Origin: Octopus bimaculoides
Lineage: Eukaryota
Reading direction: 5' to 3'
Assembly (NCBI RefSeq): GCF_001194135.2
Contig: NC_068982.1
Span: forward strand, 25,441,657 to 25,505,656
DNA: 64,000 nt
The notes below the pieces were generated by a model. The model searched no databases, was not told the origin of the DNA, and saw only the letters and a program-made list of their open reading frames with translations. Below, one piece after another: positions 13,030 to 27,130 of the stretch. Made by a program: the position numbers and the translations under genes. Each line of letters starts with the position of its first letter. Within the stretch, counting starts at the first letter, position 1.

Positions 13030-13180
13030 TGTACAGGTGTACGGTGTGCCACATATCAGGTGTCGAAGTGATCGCAGAGCAACGCGAGATGAAGTGGCTT
13101 GCTCAAAAACACATTGCACCACCAGGTTTGGAATTCGAACTCATGATGATGAAGGCAATTCCCTTAACCCGTAGGCCCCA
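13030..13180 (-). mobile_element. tRNA-derived SINE, family C (related copy at ~51510-51672, +)
   Basis: The minus strand reads ...GAGTTCGAATTCC (B-box) then TGTGTTTTTGAGCAAGCCACTTCATCTCGCGTTGCTC. The 51510 copy has GAGTTCGAATAC...GTACCCTTGGGGAAGACACTCTAC. Confidence 0.6.
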
Positions 13181-15329
13181 CACCCTCACATTCTTTTCTA
13201 ATTATTAAGACACAAAATTTATATTTGATTGCGACTATATTTTTGGAATAGTTTGTTCATACAGAGAATACTGGTGAGGTCATCTCGTTAAGAAATTCGC
13301 ATCGATATCAGTATATCTCATTTGTCACTATAACATCTGGTAGAATTAAGTCTGAAACTGGGTAAAGAGAAATAATGTGAGTCCAATATGTACTGCACAT
13401 GTATTTTAGAGAGCTTGCCTTGCCACATAATGCGCAACGCTGTCTCTATGTGTAGATTAAGCTAGGGTACAAATGTATATGGAAATCTCAAAACGAACTA
13501 CTGGAATACTCACCATCGCGGATGTATTCACATCTGACTGAGGTTTATTTATTCATGAAGACTGGTGATGATGAGAACATTAGAAGTCAGATACACTCAT
13601 GCAAAGCGAGTAACAAAATTATAACAGGAACATTGAGAGGTGCTGTAACTCTCTCCATCTCTCCCTCTTTCTGTACCACTTTCTCTCTCCTACAATCTTT
13701 GTGTACACCCGCTTATATACATCCTTACGCACACACACATATGCATATATATGTGCACACACACACACACACATATAAACAAATATAGAACTTCTTGCTA
13801 TTTCAGTTGATCCCACTATTACAGCATCTATCTGAATTTGGGAGAGCAAACTACTCGCTTTAGTCAATGATTGATAAGAAGTGTGCGGTAAAATTAGAGT
13901 TCGTACTAGTTGTGTTTAGCTGTGATATTATTACTTTAATAAATATTCATGTAAAGACTGATTTAAAGGTTAATGACTTTCCTCGTTTTGCTTGGCTAGC
14001 ATCTATTTCAGCGTTTTGTCGGACTAACAGTCAAACTAGTGACGACTGTGACAATGGTGATAATGATTTATAAAATAGAAGGAACGAACGCCTCACAATT
14101 TGGCGGAGTATGTAGACGATTATATCAATCCCAGCACTTTATAATTCTATGAAGAATAATGCGAAAATTACTCTCGGTAGACTTTTAAATTGAAACACGT
14201 GTGTGGTGATGTAAATGCTACATGTCAATTAATTCGGCGTCCTAACCATTTTGGTAATAAAATACGAAATATATGCGTATAAAATGACACTTTATTTTTA
14301 TATGTGTATGAATGGAAGGTTTTCTGTTTCAGATAAACAGCATTTAGCTATTAATGATCGTGTTTTATATCTACAAATGTTGTCTAAGTTAACTGCACTT
14401 AGTAGAATCTAATAATATGTCCTACTGAACATCTGTCAGAGTAATAATTAATCAATTTAAATGCAATATAGTCGGGTCTGTCCTAAATTGTTCCAGTCAT
14501 AGATTCTGCTATGTTTTGCAAATGAAAATATCTAGGTAATCTTAAAAGGGATTTACATATCCTTGTACAGAATGCCGTCATATAAATAAGATGCTATTCC
14601 GCTTCCTGTTAGAAACTTGAATAGAATATATGCAGAATTATTATGCATGAAGACGTCTGGTCGATGTTTACGGTCCATAAACCAACAACAGTTTAAAGTT
14701 GCGGTTTTAACGGGCACCCATTTCCAAAAGCACCAGCCTGTCGTTCGATTCTGTGAGATCCTAATTCACTTATGTACGAAACCTGTGTAAAGTAAACCGA
14801 TTCTATCCGATTGGCATTATATAAGATCNNNNNNNNNNNNNNNNNNNNNNNNNNNNNNNNNNNNNNNNNNNNNNNNNNNNNNNNNNNATATATATATATA
14901 TATATATATACATACATACATACATATCTATATATAATCATGTATGTATGTGTGTATGTATTGTTTTCATGATGACAGACTATGTCCCTTTTAGATAAGA
15001 ATGTAATGTTTACATAACAATTGCTCTGTGGTTGTTGTAGTTCAGAACAACTTAAAAATAAACCGATCAATAGCAACATTAAGTTAGTGTTTACTCATCA
15101 TAGAAAAAAGCAGACAGCATCCTTCTTGAAAAAGAGTATGATTGTACAAATGGCTTAATGATGAATTTGGTTGCTTAGAGACTTAGAGGTTGCATTTTGA
15201 GAATCCTTGAAAGCTGATAAAATATACAGACAGATTATATATCATTACGTAGATAGAATTGTCTATTCTCTTTAGAATCTTTGTAAATTTGACTATATGA
15301 CAAATTCATATATATAGATACATATGTGC

Positions 15330-15362
<33 letters not shown>

Positions 15363-17965
15363 TTGCAGCAATTAAATATGAGTGGCTGGAGTAGTTCTTT
15401 GTTGATTCTTTCAAGAGTGTACACAAGCAGACGAACCCCCAGAACTTGATATTGTTCTGTTATATATTTTAACACTACACTAACTATTTGTCGAACTAAC
15501 GGTTTATTAGACATAAACAAACACCAACATAGTGAGAGAGAAAAGAAAATTTCGTGACCACGGAAAGAAATTCATAAATACACATCCAAAACTGTACCTA
15601 TATATTTGTGTGTGCGCGTACATGCGGAAAAAATGTGCTCAACAGGTTGTTAACTATTCGTCTCAATTGATATGTGTACGTGTGAGTGTGCGTGCATGTG
15701 AATGTGTTGCTTCGTTGAAGGTGATTTTAACAGATATAGAGTACTTAACAACCAACGACACAGTTTTGTTCCTTCGTTTTCCAATTGCCTCAATGAGATA
15801 GTCGTCACTGGTCGCAGGCCATTTAAGATTTCTACTGTTTTTCGAATGTAATGGTAAACAGGTTTTTAGCAGAACCACCCAAGATTCTATCTCAGTTGTA
15901 GTTATGGTTTAGACACAGCTCAACTCTAATGAAACACATTTGTGATCTCAAGTATTTGAGAGATAACGATCCTTATCTTATATTAGATGTAGTGGATTGG
16001 ATATAGGATTTTCTGATGTATCCCATTCTAGGAAAAATGAGGAACTTCTTCTATAAGATTTAGTGACCACAAAGTATCCCCTTTGTTGTCGAGTCCGTTC
16101 CTAGCTGGGAGATTCAGTGATTTTTTTTTCTGTGGTTCTTTAGCTCAAAATCAATAAAATATGTGACTGACATTCCAGCCGTAACCATCCAGACGTTTAT
16201 TCTGACAAAATATTTAGTACCACATTATCTATAGTGTATGTTAAGAAAGGTGAGATTTGAATGCAATTTGACTACAGTTTCTATCATGACAAACTATCAT
16301 ATAGAGAATCTCCTATTTGGTTTTTTGATGAATACTTGATCAGTGTGTGACATCTTATTAAGGATTACTTCCACAGCTCTGCTAAATTTCATGATTTAGT
16401 ACATCTTAGATTCTTTATTGTATATGTCTTAAAAGAGTGCTCGTATTAAGAAGGAATATATTTTCATTGTCAGTCTTTGAAGCAAAAATGAGCGTCTGAC
16501 GGTTGTGTTAATTAAATATAGTCAGCAGGTAAGTTATATCAGCTATTTCGATGACATTTAAGACTATAGTAACATTTAAATCTCAAACGCTTAGTGTTTA
16601 GATGTACTATGATGATAAAATGGCAAATTTTTATCACTTGAAATGGAGAGATCTTGTTCCTGAAGGTATTTCTGAAGGTGTCTTTTAATTGCATTCTTGA
16701 GATACACAACTCAATAAATATTTTCTTTTGTAAAGAGAATATATGTGTAGTGCTTAGTTCTACTAGTCTTTCTATGCAATATATACAAGCTGTACGAATT
16801 TGAGTATACAAAATGTGCCTGCCTCCTTTTAAATCATTCCCGAACAATTCATTTTTAGAGGGAGGTTTATTGACCTCAATAACCACTTGTGATTTCGTCA
16901 TCTCTATCTCCGAATGTTTATATTTGGATAATCTTTGATTTTTCAACAAATAAGTACTTCATTACCTGGTTAACTTCTATAACAATATCCAGTCGAGTTG
17001 ACGTGCTGGTTTCTAGTGTAATTTTTCACCGTCTCTTTCTAGCAGAGACGCCCGCAATGTTTTATAAAACCTTCCAACAAGCATTTATTCATTCTCCTAA
17101 TATCTGTGTGTCTCTGATTCGTGTGTCTCCATGGAATGGTGACTACCGTGTTCGTAATAAATCCAACTATCACACGAAGTTATCGGGAAGATGAACCCCG
17201 CCATGTTTTGCAAGGATGGACGCGTAGTTTTCTATTGCATAAATGCTATGGTGAAGGAATATGCATGTTGGAAACTGTTGAGAGGTTGAGAATATAGAGT
17301 GCGCTCCCTGAATAATCCATCATCAATTTGTTTTAATACCTCTGAATAAACCCTCATCAATTTGTTTTAATGCCTCTTTAAAATATTCAGTGGCTAGGAG
17401 TATAGGAGTATGGTTGCTGCCATCTGTTCACTGTCATGAAGAGAGGCCACATCGATGCACACTACATAGATTCACAGTAAATACAGTATATTTCTGTAGG
17501 CTGTTCGAAAGGAGTATGAAGAGAAACTTACCTCTGTGTCAATGTAAAACGGGGTTATGTAAAGAATGCCACAATTTGCTCTATGTGAATGGCTTTCATT
17601 TTTGCACGTGCTAGCGTCATGTAAATTTGGTATGACATAAGTGAAAGTGACAAAAGAGACGACAAGTAGTTAAAATCTACTCAAAGACTGCGGTCGGACA
17701 ACTGAAAATTTCAAGAGTAACTGGTGTTTAGGTTTCTAGTGTTGCTTTCAAGATGTTACTACCTAACGTGTAGCGAGTATTTCTATCTATTTTGCGTCTA
17801 CATTTATCACATGTCTCTTTTAAATTTTGTTCAAATTTCGTACCCTCACCGTCTTAACTATATGTGTATCTCAATATGCGACACTCTAATCATTTTCTAT
17901 AAAATATTTTGGAATTGTGACTGAGGGAACTATGAGTAATTTATAAAGTATTCATAATCGTTACC

Positions 17966-18136
17966 TTCTTCTTCTTCTTCTTCTTCTTCTTCTTCTTCTT
18001 CTTCTTCTTCTTCTTCTTCTTCTTCTTCTTCTTCTTCTTCTTCTTCTTCTTCTTCTTCTTCTTCTTCTTCTTCTTCTTCTTCTTCTTCTTCTTCTTCTTC
18101 TTCTTCTTCTTCTTCTTCTTCTTCTTCTTCTTCTTC
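17966..18136. repeat. Long (CTT)n microsatellite
   Basis: About 57 near-perfect units, directly visible. Confidence 0.98.
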
Positions 18137-18149
18137 GTCTTATTATTAT

Positions 18150-18446
18150 TATTGATCAGTAGTTTTGTTTTTATAACGTGCTTTCACTTCACTACCGAGC
18201 GCAGCTCTGTGCGCCTTGGGTATGTGCTGTGGTTTGCTGTGGTGTTCTTATGGTTACTGTATTGAAAGTGTTTTGCGTAGGATGTGTGCAGTGCCCAGTA
18301 GTGCAATTTTCTGTATGTTATATATATTTCTATTTTAGATAGTTCGTTTAGTGTCCAGTTAAGGATGTTGTAGCTGTAGCTTATAACTGGGACAGCTAAA
18401 GTGTTGATACCCATTATCTTGTTTTTAGCATTGAGCTCTGTTTTTA
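18150..18446 (-). mobile_element. R4/Dong-like (RLE) LINE, internally deleted, flanked by (TTA)n on both sides
   Basis: The 5' part encodes KTELNAKNKIMGINTLAVPVISYSYNILNWTLNELSKI (post-RT region). It is joined to the 3' end YNIQKIALLGTAHILRKTLSIQ* and a 3'UTR matching 63215-63330. Confidence 0.85.
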
Positions 18447-21400
18447 TTATTATTATTATTATTATAATTATTATTATTATTATTATTATTATTATTGTTA
18501 TTAATATTAATATCATATAGACAGCGAGTTCTCAGAGTTCTTAGAGCGTCAGAAGAAATACTTTGCGTTGTAGCTTCGAGTTCTTTAAATTCTGAGTCCA
18601 AATCTCCGCGCAGACGTCATATTTGCCTTTCATCCATTCAGGGACGATAAAGTAATGTGCGATTGATAACGTAGCTGTTAGGGAGTCGCAGAAAATACTT
18701 TACAGTACCTGATCCAGTTTCTTTATGTTCTAGATTCGATTTGGATTCCGCTAATGTCAGCTTTGTCTTTCGTCTTCCCATGGGGAAAAAACAGTTGATG
18801 TAATATCCGGAGCCACAGTTTATATTCTTATGAGTCATGCATGTGATAATGTGCTCAACATCACCTTGACACCTACAATTGGAGAGAAGGTATGGTGTAT
18901 GCAGTGACTCAATCATTAACGTTCTGGTTTATGAAATTATCAATCATGATGCGGATATACACAATGAAGGTGACAACGGTGATGAAGATTGTGATGTAGA
19001 TGATAATGTTTTTTTTATGGAGGTGGATTGTGATGAGACGGCTTCATGAAAAGTGGCGGTGGAGGTGGAGGAGATGGTGTAAAAAGTAGGAAGGGCGGTA
19101 GGGTTGGTATATTGCTTTTGAAAAAGAAGGAAAGGAAAGCGAAAATCTCCAATATAAGCAAGCAACGGATATAACCGTTATTTCCAACATAGGCGCATTA
19201 TCACATATTTCTAAAATCGACCCACTCACTTCATCATAGAAAAAAATGGATAGCCATTTACGTGAGTCTGTGTAAGTATATGAAAAAAAGGAAACGAGAC
19301 AAAAAAAGTGCTTCATAAAATAGAATCAATTCTGGTGAGATAGGACGTAGAATATAACTAGAAACAGCCATGCATTATTATTCGGGGCTCTACTGATTCG
19401 GAAAAATTATGAAAATTTCCTCTGTATCGATACGCTCCTCCTCCCCCACACACAAAGTCACACAAATATTATACATACCTACACTCAAAGACAAATACAC
19501 CCATATGTATATATATATATACATACGTACACACATATATATATATATTATATATATATATTATATATATATATTATATATATACGTATATCAATATATA
19601 CATTTGTGCGTGTGTGAGTGTGTATGTTTCTGTTTGTGTGTGTGTATGTGTGTATATGTGTGTGCATTTGTGTGTGTGTATTAGAGAAAAAGATGAACAA
19701 ACGGAGAAATGGGCAATACTAATAGCTATGTTCAATTGAAAACAATGAGTTTAAAATGCACTCTATTTAAAACTAGTCGCTGATTTCACAGTTTCTTGCA
19801 TTGTCTGCAAGATAGTCATAAATATCGACATGGTGTAATTGAATTTTTTTTTTTTCTGAAAGACTTGGCATTTCTTAATAAAATTTAATTAAGTTCTCTC
19901 TGTTCGTAATATATATTTATATCTGTGCCAATTGTGGACTTCAAGCTACACTGATTATCCAAGCAATTATTTCAATAAGCCATCAAATTCATTTAAGTAT
20001 ATGGAAAACGACTAATTTAGAAAATGTTTCAATTTGAAATTTTATTTTATTCACCTTGATTTGTTAAACGATTGATAAGTTGGTATAGATTTAAATCCAA
20101 TTCTACTCTTCTACTAGTTTTACTCATTGGACTGAAACGATGCTGGGCCACAGCCTTCGACAAGTTTTGTCAGTCACGACATTTAATATTTCATTCTTGA
20201 AAGTATTTTATCAAATCGATAAATTTCACATTGTAGTTAGCTTGTTGGGCAGCAGATCTGTAACTGTATTTGGTTGCTTTTGTCTTTATTTAGATATTAA
20301 TGGCATATTTACTCTCCTTATCACAAGGACACAAATTATTGTTCTATTGACATAGTTTGACACTGAACAAGCAGAAATATGCTCAAACATTTTATAGTTT
20401 TGACGATGTTGTCTGTTTATTTTAACCAATATACTTTCTTTAACAAAGAAATGTCTTGAGCCTGTGTTAATTATTCGACCATATATGGAGCACAGTTCAC
20501 GCTGGTTGTAATTTGTTTGTGCAAGTTGATTCGTTAAGCTGAAACTTCTTTTAAACCATTACAGTCAGTTCAAATGACAAATATACACACATCGTACTTA
20601 CATCAGCTGTTACTTAAAACAGCTTGGATCTTAAACAAAGGCACTTTCTTGCAAGTCTGCAAGTCTTCAGCTCTTGTATGAAAGCATTACATCTAATGTT
20701 CATTTGCTCGTTGGGATTCACCAAAATATTAAATCAATAAATTAAATTATTTAGTCAGGTATATAGATTATNNNNNNNNNNNNNNNNNNNNNNNNNNNNN
20801 NNNNNNNNNNNNNNNNNNNNNNNNNNNNNNNNNNNNNNNNNTATACCACCATCTCTTTTTCAGTAATATAAATATAATTTTGTTAGCATATTCAATGAAG
20901 TAGTTATTAGTTTATTTATCTATTTAGAATGCAAATATTTCTGATAGGATATTATTTCTATAGTGTTAGATCACATTTACTGTAGGCAAATATTAGATAT
21001 AGCTGACACGGAAGCTAAAAGCTTCTATTTTGTCATTGAATATTACGATTATGTTCGCCTCCTTAGGGAAAAGAACATATAAGATCCTGTTATGCAGTTT
21101 GCATTAGCTTTATGGAAGAGGAAGATACACGTCCTTGACCGAAAACCATAAGCGATTAGGAAATGTTTTTCAATCAGAAAAATAAAACAGCAAATAAAGA
21201 TCGACATACAGGAAATTTCAATGATTTAACATTTTATGGAATCATAACTTTAGAACATTGAATGTTTTGCTAAATTTTGCTACGATTACGATTCGCCTTA
21301 AACAAGGAATTGTGAAGAAAGATATTGGTGAGAAGAAGAACCTAACGTGGATTACCTCTCTACAGGCACATTTACGTAGACTCAGGAAAAATATGGGACA

Positions 21401-21479
21401 GTTAGATAATACCAGTAAATGCAAAGTGAATATATTTATAAATCAGCTTCAATTTTATTATAGATTATTTAAGGTAAAA

Positions 21480-22700
21480 TAAACTTAAGGCCAAGCTAAT
21501 CGCCCGTAAGTAAGAAGTTCGAGTGGTAACTGAACTATTTTGTCATGAAAATCAATTACTAGAACGAAAATCCGCCAATCGCAATTTTGCTAGAAGCTCA
21601 CAAGTAATGTATCCCAATTTGAATGGTCATACCATCAAATATGCGAAAACCTCAGTCCGAAATGACACAAAGTAAATTTCCAATAAAAATAGTCAACACA
21701 ACCGTGACACACATTGGTTAAATGAGCAACTGAATGCGTCCTGTACATACGCCTCTCCCAGAACTTATACCAACAGTGAAGCTCTCTTAACAATTGTTAC
21801 AAAACTGCCAAACGGGATAATTTGGGGGTGCTGATTGTAGGATTGTAGGTATACATTCTACAGGCCAGCCTTAGTTACTGTTCAAAAATAATGAATACTG
21901 AGATTAATATGCTAGACTAGCTGCAGTCGCACGAACCAAAACGGGGAGCCAAATGTCAAGAGATGCCGGTGACCAAACATTACACGCCTGAATGCAATAT
22001 ATAAACCATGCACAGCCTGCTTAAATGCATTCCTCTAGGATCAATACTCGATTCATTAAGCAGGCAGGTGAAAAGAAAGTTAGAAGTTACGGTTATACTC
22101 AGTCATGGATAATAGAGTAACTATGCCTTGCTAAGTGTCCAACTGCTACAGTTGATACTATTAAGAGCTCGAAAACAAACTGGTTTGCAGAGCTACCGTC
22201 AAGAACTGAGGCTGCCACTACAGGCTATCAGCAGGAATATTTCAGCGTGGATTTTCCTTCAAATAATAAACTCCAGGCCATCCCTCAAGGAAATACAAAG
22301 GTTAAATTATTGACTCTGAAAGTGAGAGAAAGGTCAAGCTTACCACAATCATTTCGTTGATGCCCTTACTTTGTATTCGGCTAATATTTATGGCACCAAA
22401 AGACAGATCTTGTCTCCAAATTTTCACTGAAAATAAGACTGGAGTTTAATCGGAACAAATGTTCATATTTGGTTGCGAAGAAAGGAAAAACGTTGACTAG
22501 GCAAGGGATCAATGACCTGTCTATCTCCAGCGTCACCAGTGCTGAATGTTGTAAATAATTTAGAATTGACGAGAATATTATATGTTGAAGCTGTGAGCAC
22601 AGCCAGAGTGACAACAGAATACTTCAGCAGATTTCGAAAGATATAGAATTCAGATCTGTTAGCATTCAATATGAGTATATCCCCAATGCTTACGCATTTC
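21480..22700 (+). mobile_element. Highly decayed LINE RT-like remnant
   Basis: GC-elevated block with weak motif echoes only (KHYTPECNI for 'NYRPI.C', AGIFQRG for 'GIFQGD'); many stops. Confidence 0.3.
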
Positions 22701-24240
22701 CAGTGCTAGAAACAACAATATTAGTGAGTCTTATTGTCTATATGGTTGTTCTAAGTAGAAAAAGCAATAGATATTCTGAAATAATTCTCCTCGCTCTGCT
22801 ATTTAGAAGTAGAAGGCAACTTTCAAAGCAAAGTAGGAAACTTTATATACGATCTTCTCAAGTTAATCAAAAATAAACTCGTGCGAATAAGTATAAAAAT
22901 CAAATAAATTCCTCAATAACTAACCGTTTAATTTACTTTAAGTATAATATTACGAATATGAAAGCCCCCCCCCCCTTTGTTTTGATGTAAGCTACGCCTA
23001 ATTCAGTGTATCGACTTTTTTTAGAAATCTGATTAGTTTCATCCTCTGAAATAGCAAATAACATTTAGATTTAATTGAAACTGTCTGTCGGTTTGTCAAT
23101 GCAAATTAGTGGTCAATTATAGTCTTCGGAAATATTTGCTTTTGCTTTACATGAATCGAGTATATTCTATACGTTTTGGGCCGGTTATTTATGTTGGTAC
23201 AGAATTAAGTTGTCTGACAAGTTTTAAAAGGAAGTTTAAAAATAACTTCCAAAGGTGGAGAGCCGATTAAATGAAATTTGGCTCAGTTACCTACAAGGCT
23301 TACTTCCTGAAAACCGTCCTGTCAAATAGAGTTGGCAGCCATTATTAACCCAATGGTAAAATAAGATGCAATAGAAACAAAACGAAAATAAATACAATGA
23401 TAATATGAGTATATAAGCCAAAACAAGTAGGAATTTGGTCTAAAGCCAACCGTACGGAATTTAAACAGTGACCTACAAAATAATATTCCATGGAAAGCAC
23501 GTCTAATAGTCCCCAGAAAGAAGCAATTATAGATTATATGAAGTTTTGTTTATATACTATCTTTTTAAACAAGTTATTCAATTGTTTGCTGGTTAAATAT
23601 ATTCTATGGATTATTTCCTACTCTTTTATAAATATGCAGACCACGTCTTTAGAAATATACGAGGTTGAATGTATAGATATTATTTCTAGAGGCCATAAAA
23701 TATTTAAATTTGTAACGTACAACTAAACTCAATACTTTTTGTAATTTGTTTTACTGGTGAAACAGAGAGAAAGTCTGAAGGGCTTTGTTAGAATGATATA
23801 AATTAACGTAAAATTCTTACAATTCCCCTCGGTAACTTCCTTGACATACACGTGCAGACACACACTGATATATATAAGCAGACTAATATACACATATACA
23901 CACGCATAAGTGTATTTTTATGTACATGCGTGTGTTTCTGCGTGTGTATGTCTGCGTATTACTAGGAGGAAGGGACAGTGCCCATATCTTTTACAGCGTT
24001 GTATAGAACAGTGACTTTCATGCAATGAAGTTTGGATTTGAAACAGTATAAGTCAAAATCTGTGGAAAAGATGTTAGCGGGTAGGAAATCTCAGAATGTC
24101 AATGTTCTGGGATGGAATATTTTGGTGTTGTGATTAGTGCAGATCATGAAAAGGGCCACAAGACTGTTAAAAGAATGGGAGACTGATATAGTATGACTGA
24201 GAGGAACCTAGGTCTTTATAGTCGCACTACATAAAGCTGA

Positions 24241-24362
24241 AAGAGAGAGAAAGAGATAGAGAGAGGAAGAGAGAGAAAGAGATAGAGAGAGGAAGAGAGA
24301 GATAGAGATAGAGAGAGGAAGAGAGAGAAAGAGATAGAGAGAGGAAGAGAGAGAAAGAGATA
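24241..24362. repeat. 26-bp purine minisatellite (AAGAGAGAGAAAGAGATAGAGAGAGG) ~4.7 copies
   Basis: Directly visible higher-order GA repeat. Confidence 0.9.
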
Positions 24363-24377
24363 TTTTTCACTTCCACA

Positions 24378-24540
24378 GATGGCATAGTTGTGTGGTAAGA
24401 AGTTTGCTTTCCAACATTTTTTCATTTTCAAATCCATTGCGAGATACTGTAGATAGAGTCTTCTCCTATAGCTCCGAGCTGACCAAAGACTTGTAAATGG
24501 GTTTGGTAGACAGAAAGTAAAAGAAGCCCATCATATACGT
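24378..24540 (+). mobile_element. SINE family B, 5' half, diverged
   Basis: TTGTGTGGTAAGAAGTTTGCTTTCCAAC...CTATAGCTCCGAGCTGACCAAAGACTTGTAAATGGGTTTGGTAGACAGAAAGTAAAAGAAGCCC aligns with the reverse complement of 44550-44715. Confidence 0.8.
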
Positions 24541-26514
24541 GTACATATATATATATATGTGTATGTTTTTGCGATTTTTACGTATAAATACACATAGTAT
24601 TTATATTCGCTTTTACACACCTCACAGAAATATACCCCTTTTCTTTCCAGCACTTTAGCCTTTCAACTCCCTAATATGTGAATTCATTCACCCTTCCTCT
24701 CCTAATTCATCTCTGTCTATAATCTGATTTTTTGAATATATACGACTTGCTTTTCGATGTGTTTCACTATTCTAATAAACAATACGTTTACATGAGGGGA
24801 ATTTGTATGGAGAAATTCTTTGAAGTTTTCTTCATAATAATTTTCTTACAGCTGTTTTACAATGTAATTTTCCTAATTTAGTTTCAAACGTAATACTACA
24901 CATTCAGAAGATGGGATAACTAGCTAAAAAGCTTTGTGTTTCATTGTTAGCTAAACTATGCAGAAAGTTTCAGTTATAGAGGACAGTGCACACTAAGAAA
25001 ATAACCACTTGACGCAAAGCAGCTGTTACCCAGCAATCTCCACTGTTATTTTTTCGATTTTCCTCATTTCAGGCTCGTAAGGTATATCTTGACTTCAGTG
25101 GAGAATGATACTCTAACGCATAGCGTATTATCTCCATTAGTAAATCATAATTGGAATTTAGAAGGAACTTAGATGCTTCGATGGTGAAAGATCATAGTGC
25201 TAAAAAGGAGCCACGCAAATTTAAGGGCTAACGGACTTCATTTTTATTGAATTATATTGTTGAGCAAATACTAAATCATCTGCTGGTGCAAGAAATTTCG
25301 TAGCAAAAGGTATGTATCCTGATGTGGTTATGATGAAACATTTTATCCAACTGCGATCATGTAGTAACAACGTCAGTGGTGTAGAAACCAAAACTTCTAC
25401 TGCCGAGGGAGGCACATGGGCCGTAGGAATTTGAAGCTAGTTTAAAAATCGACTTTGAGTGGGTAAGACTGTTTGCTATAGTGAAATAGCCAGCGTTCCA
25501 ACCGAGAATCGTTCCATTCGGGAGGAGTTTAGATGATCTAACTAAAAAAGTAAAGGGCTCCGATTATCACAACTATCTAGTGAAGATGAAACTGGATTGT
25601 ACTGAAAATTATTACAGCGGAATACTTAAAGTTTGAAAAATAAAATCTCCGTATCGTGTCTGAAATTAGGTAAATAATATTTGTAGGTGTTGTTTCACTG
25701 AATGAAAACCTTCTGCAGATGAGATGAAGACACTCTTGATTAAGATCAATGCACACGCTCATTCAGGTGCTCACCGTTTTATCAATGATGACGAGAAAAC
25801 AAGGTGTATTTTCTCATCACCTAGTGTTACCTTCACAAACCAGGTTATAACTGTATTCTGCAAACGATTATACCATCGATGATATTTGAATAAAGTCTTC
25901 ATGGTTACAGAAGCGCAAAATTCACGATGGGCACGAATTCTCAATTAATTACATCAAGAACTATAACTTCAAGTCATGCGGGGACAAAAAACACTCAATG
26001 AATATAAATAATATAACCTCAAGTCTTCAATAATCAGTAGTATCAACTACTGAAGAACAGCATTCAAACCAAAGTTTGGGAAAGAAATAAACATCGGGCA
26101 AGTCGCATGCATTTAGTAGAGTTAGTTCATAGTGTTCCGAAAATTCACGTTAGGTCTCCAGTTTGAGGATACCTTACTCCAATTAGTTTCGGACAAAAGT
26201 ACAACCTACCCCTGTCACCAGAAATAAATGGACAGACATATGTTTATATAGTATTTTTTAATCAAAACTTAGCTTTCATAAGTATATTTTAAGCAACCAA
26301 TCCTATCTGGCAGCGAAAACGTAATTGAGAAATTTACAGTGCAATAAGGATGCTAATGGTGACATACACTACATCGTGTTAACCAGCGCGTTTTTCTCAT
26401 CGACTGTGTAAATTGAATAAAAATAAGTAGTTGATATATACATGCATGAATAAATATCTATACTACTAGATAGATAGTCAACTATGTCTTTATTAGCATA
26501 AAACTTCATAATGT

Positions 26515-26873
26515 CAGCAACATCGATAAACGGATTAGCCTATCATGGACTGCAAATAGGTGTAACGCAATTCCTAACACTGACAAAAGATAGGGATCCA
26601 AGTAAATTGCCTAAATTCAGCAACTGGTGCATTTTCTGCGGAAGAAGGAAGTAAGATTTCATATACATCATTAAGCAGTTGCCTGAACATCATACAAATT
26701 AAATACCATAAGTATGGCCTGATATCCTGGGTATAAGAAAATTGTTAATGCTACAAATACAAGCTATAGTGATGAAGTGGATAAAATCATTCATACTGTG
26801 TAAAAATACTGCTGGAATATTCATAACATATTTCGAAAAATAGAAGCCAAAATGACTAGAGATAATGATATGT

Positions 26874-26914
<41 letters not shown>

Positions 26915-27130
26915 ATTTAAGTATTATAGTTTCCTACAAGTATTTAACATGATGGTAAATATTGGTGAAAATAAAAACAACTCTGCCGAAATCATGAGAA
27001 ATCGGTTTTTACTCAAAGTGGGCTAGATCTTTACATGCCTTCCTATAATTATCAGATTACTTGGATACATTGCACACCACCTCAGTCTTGAAATGCTGAG
27101 TTTTCCAAAACCAGGAAGGACACGCTTAAT
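26515..27130 (+). mobile_element. Decayed RTE-like LINE remnant interrupted by (GA)n
   Basis: IDKRISLSWTA resembles the RTE 'DI..RI..AW.A' motif; otherwise heavily degraded. Confidence 0.3.

Noticed and set aside
18638-18916. Minus-strand ORF with CRCQGDVEHIITC (CCHC-like)
   Set aside because: May be a decayed LINE zinc knuckle, but the spacing is broken and there are no neighbouring motifs; not enough to call.
25221-25415. Minus-strand ORF containing APADDLVF (RT YADD-like)
   Set aside because: A single short motif without supporting flanking RT motifs.
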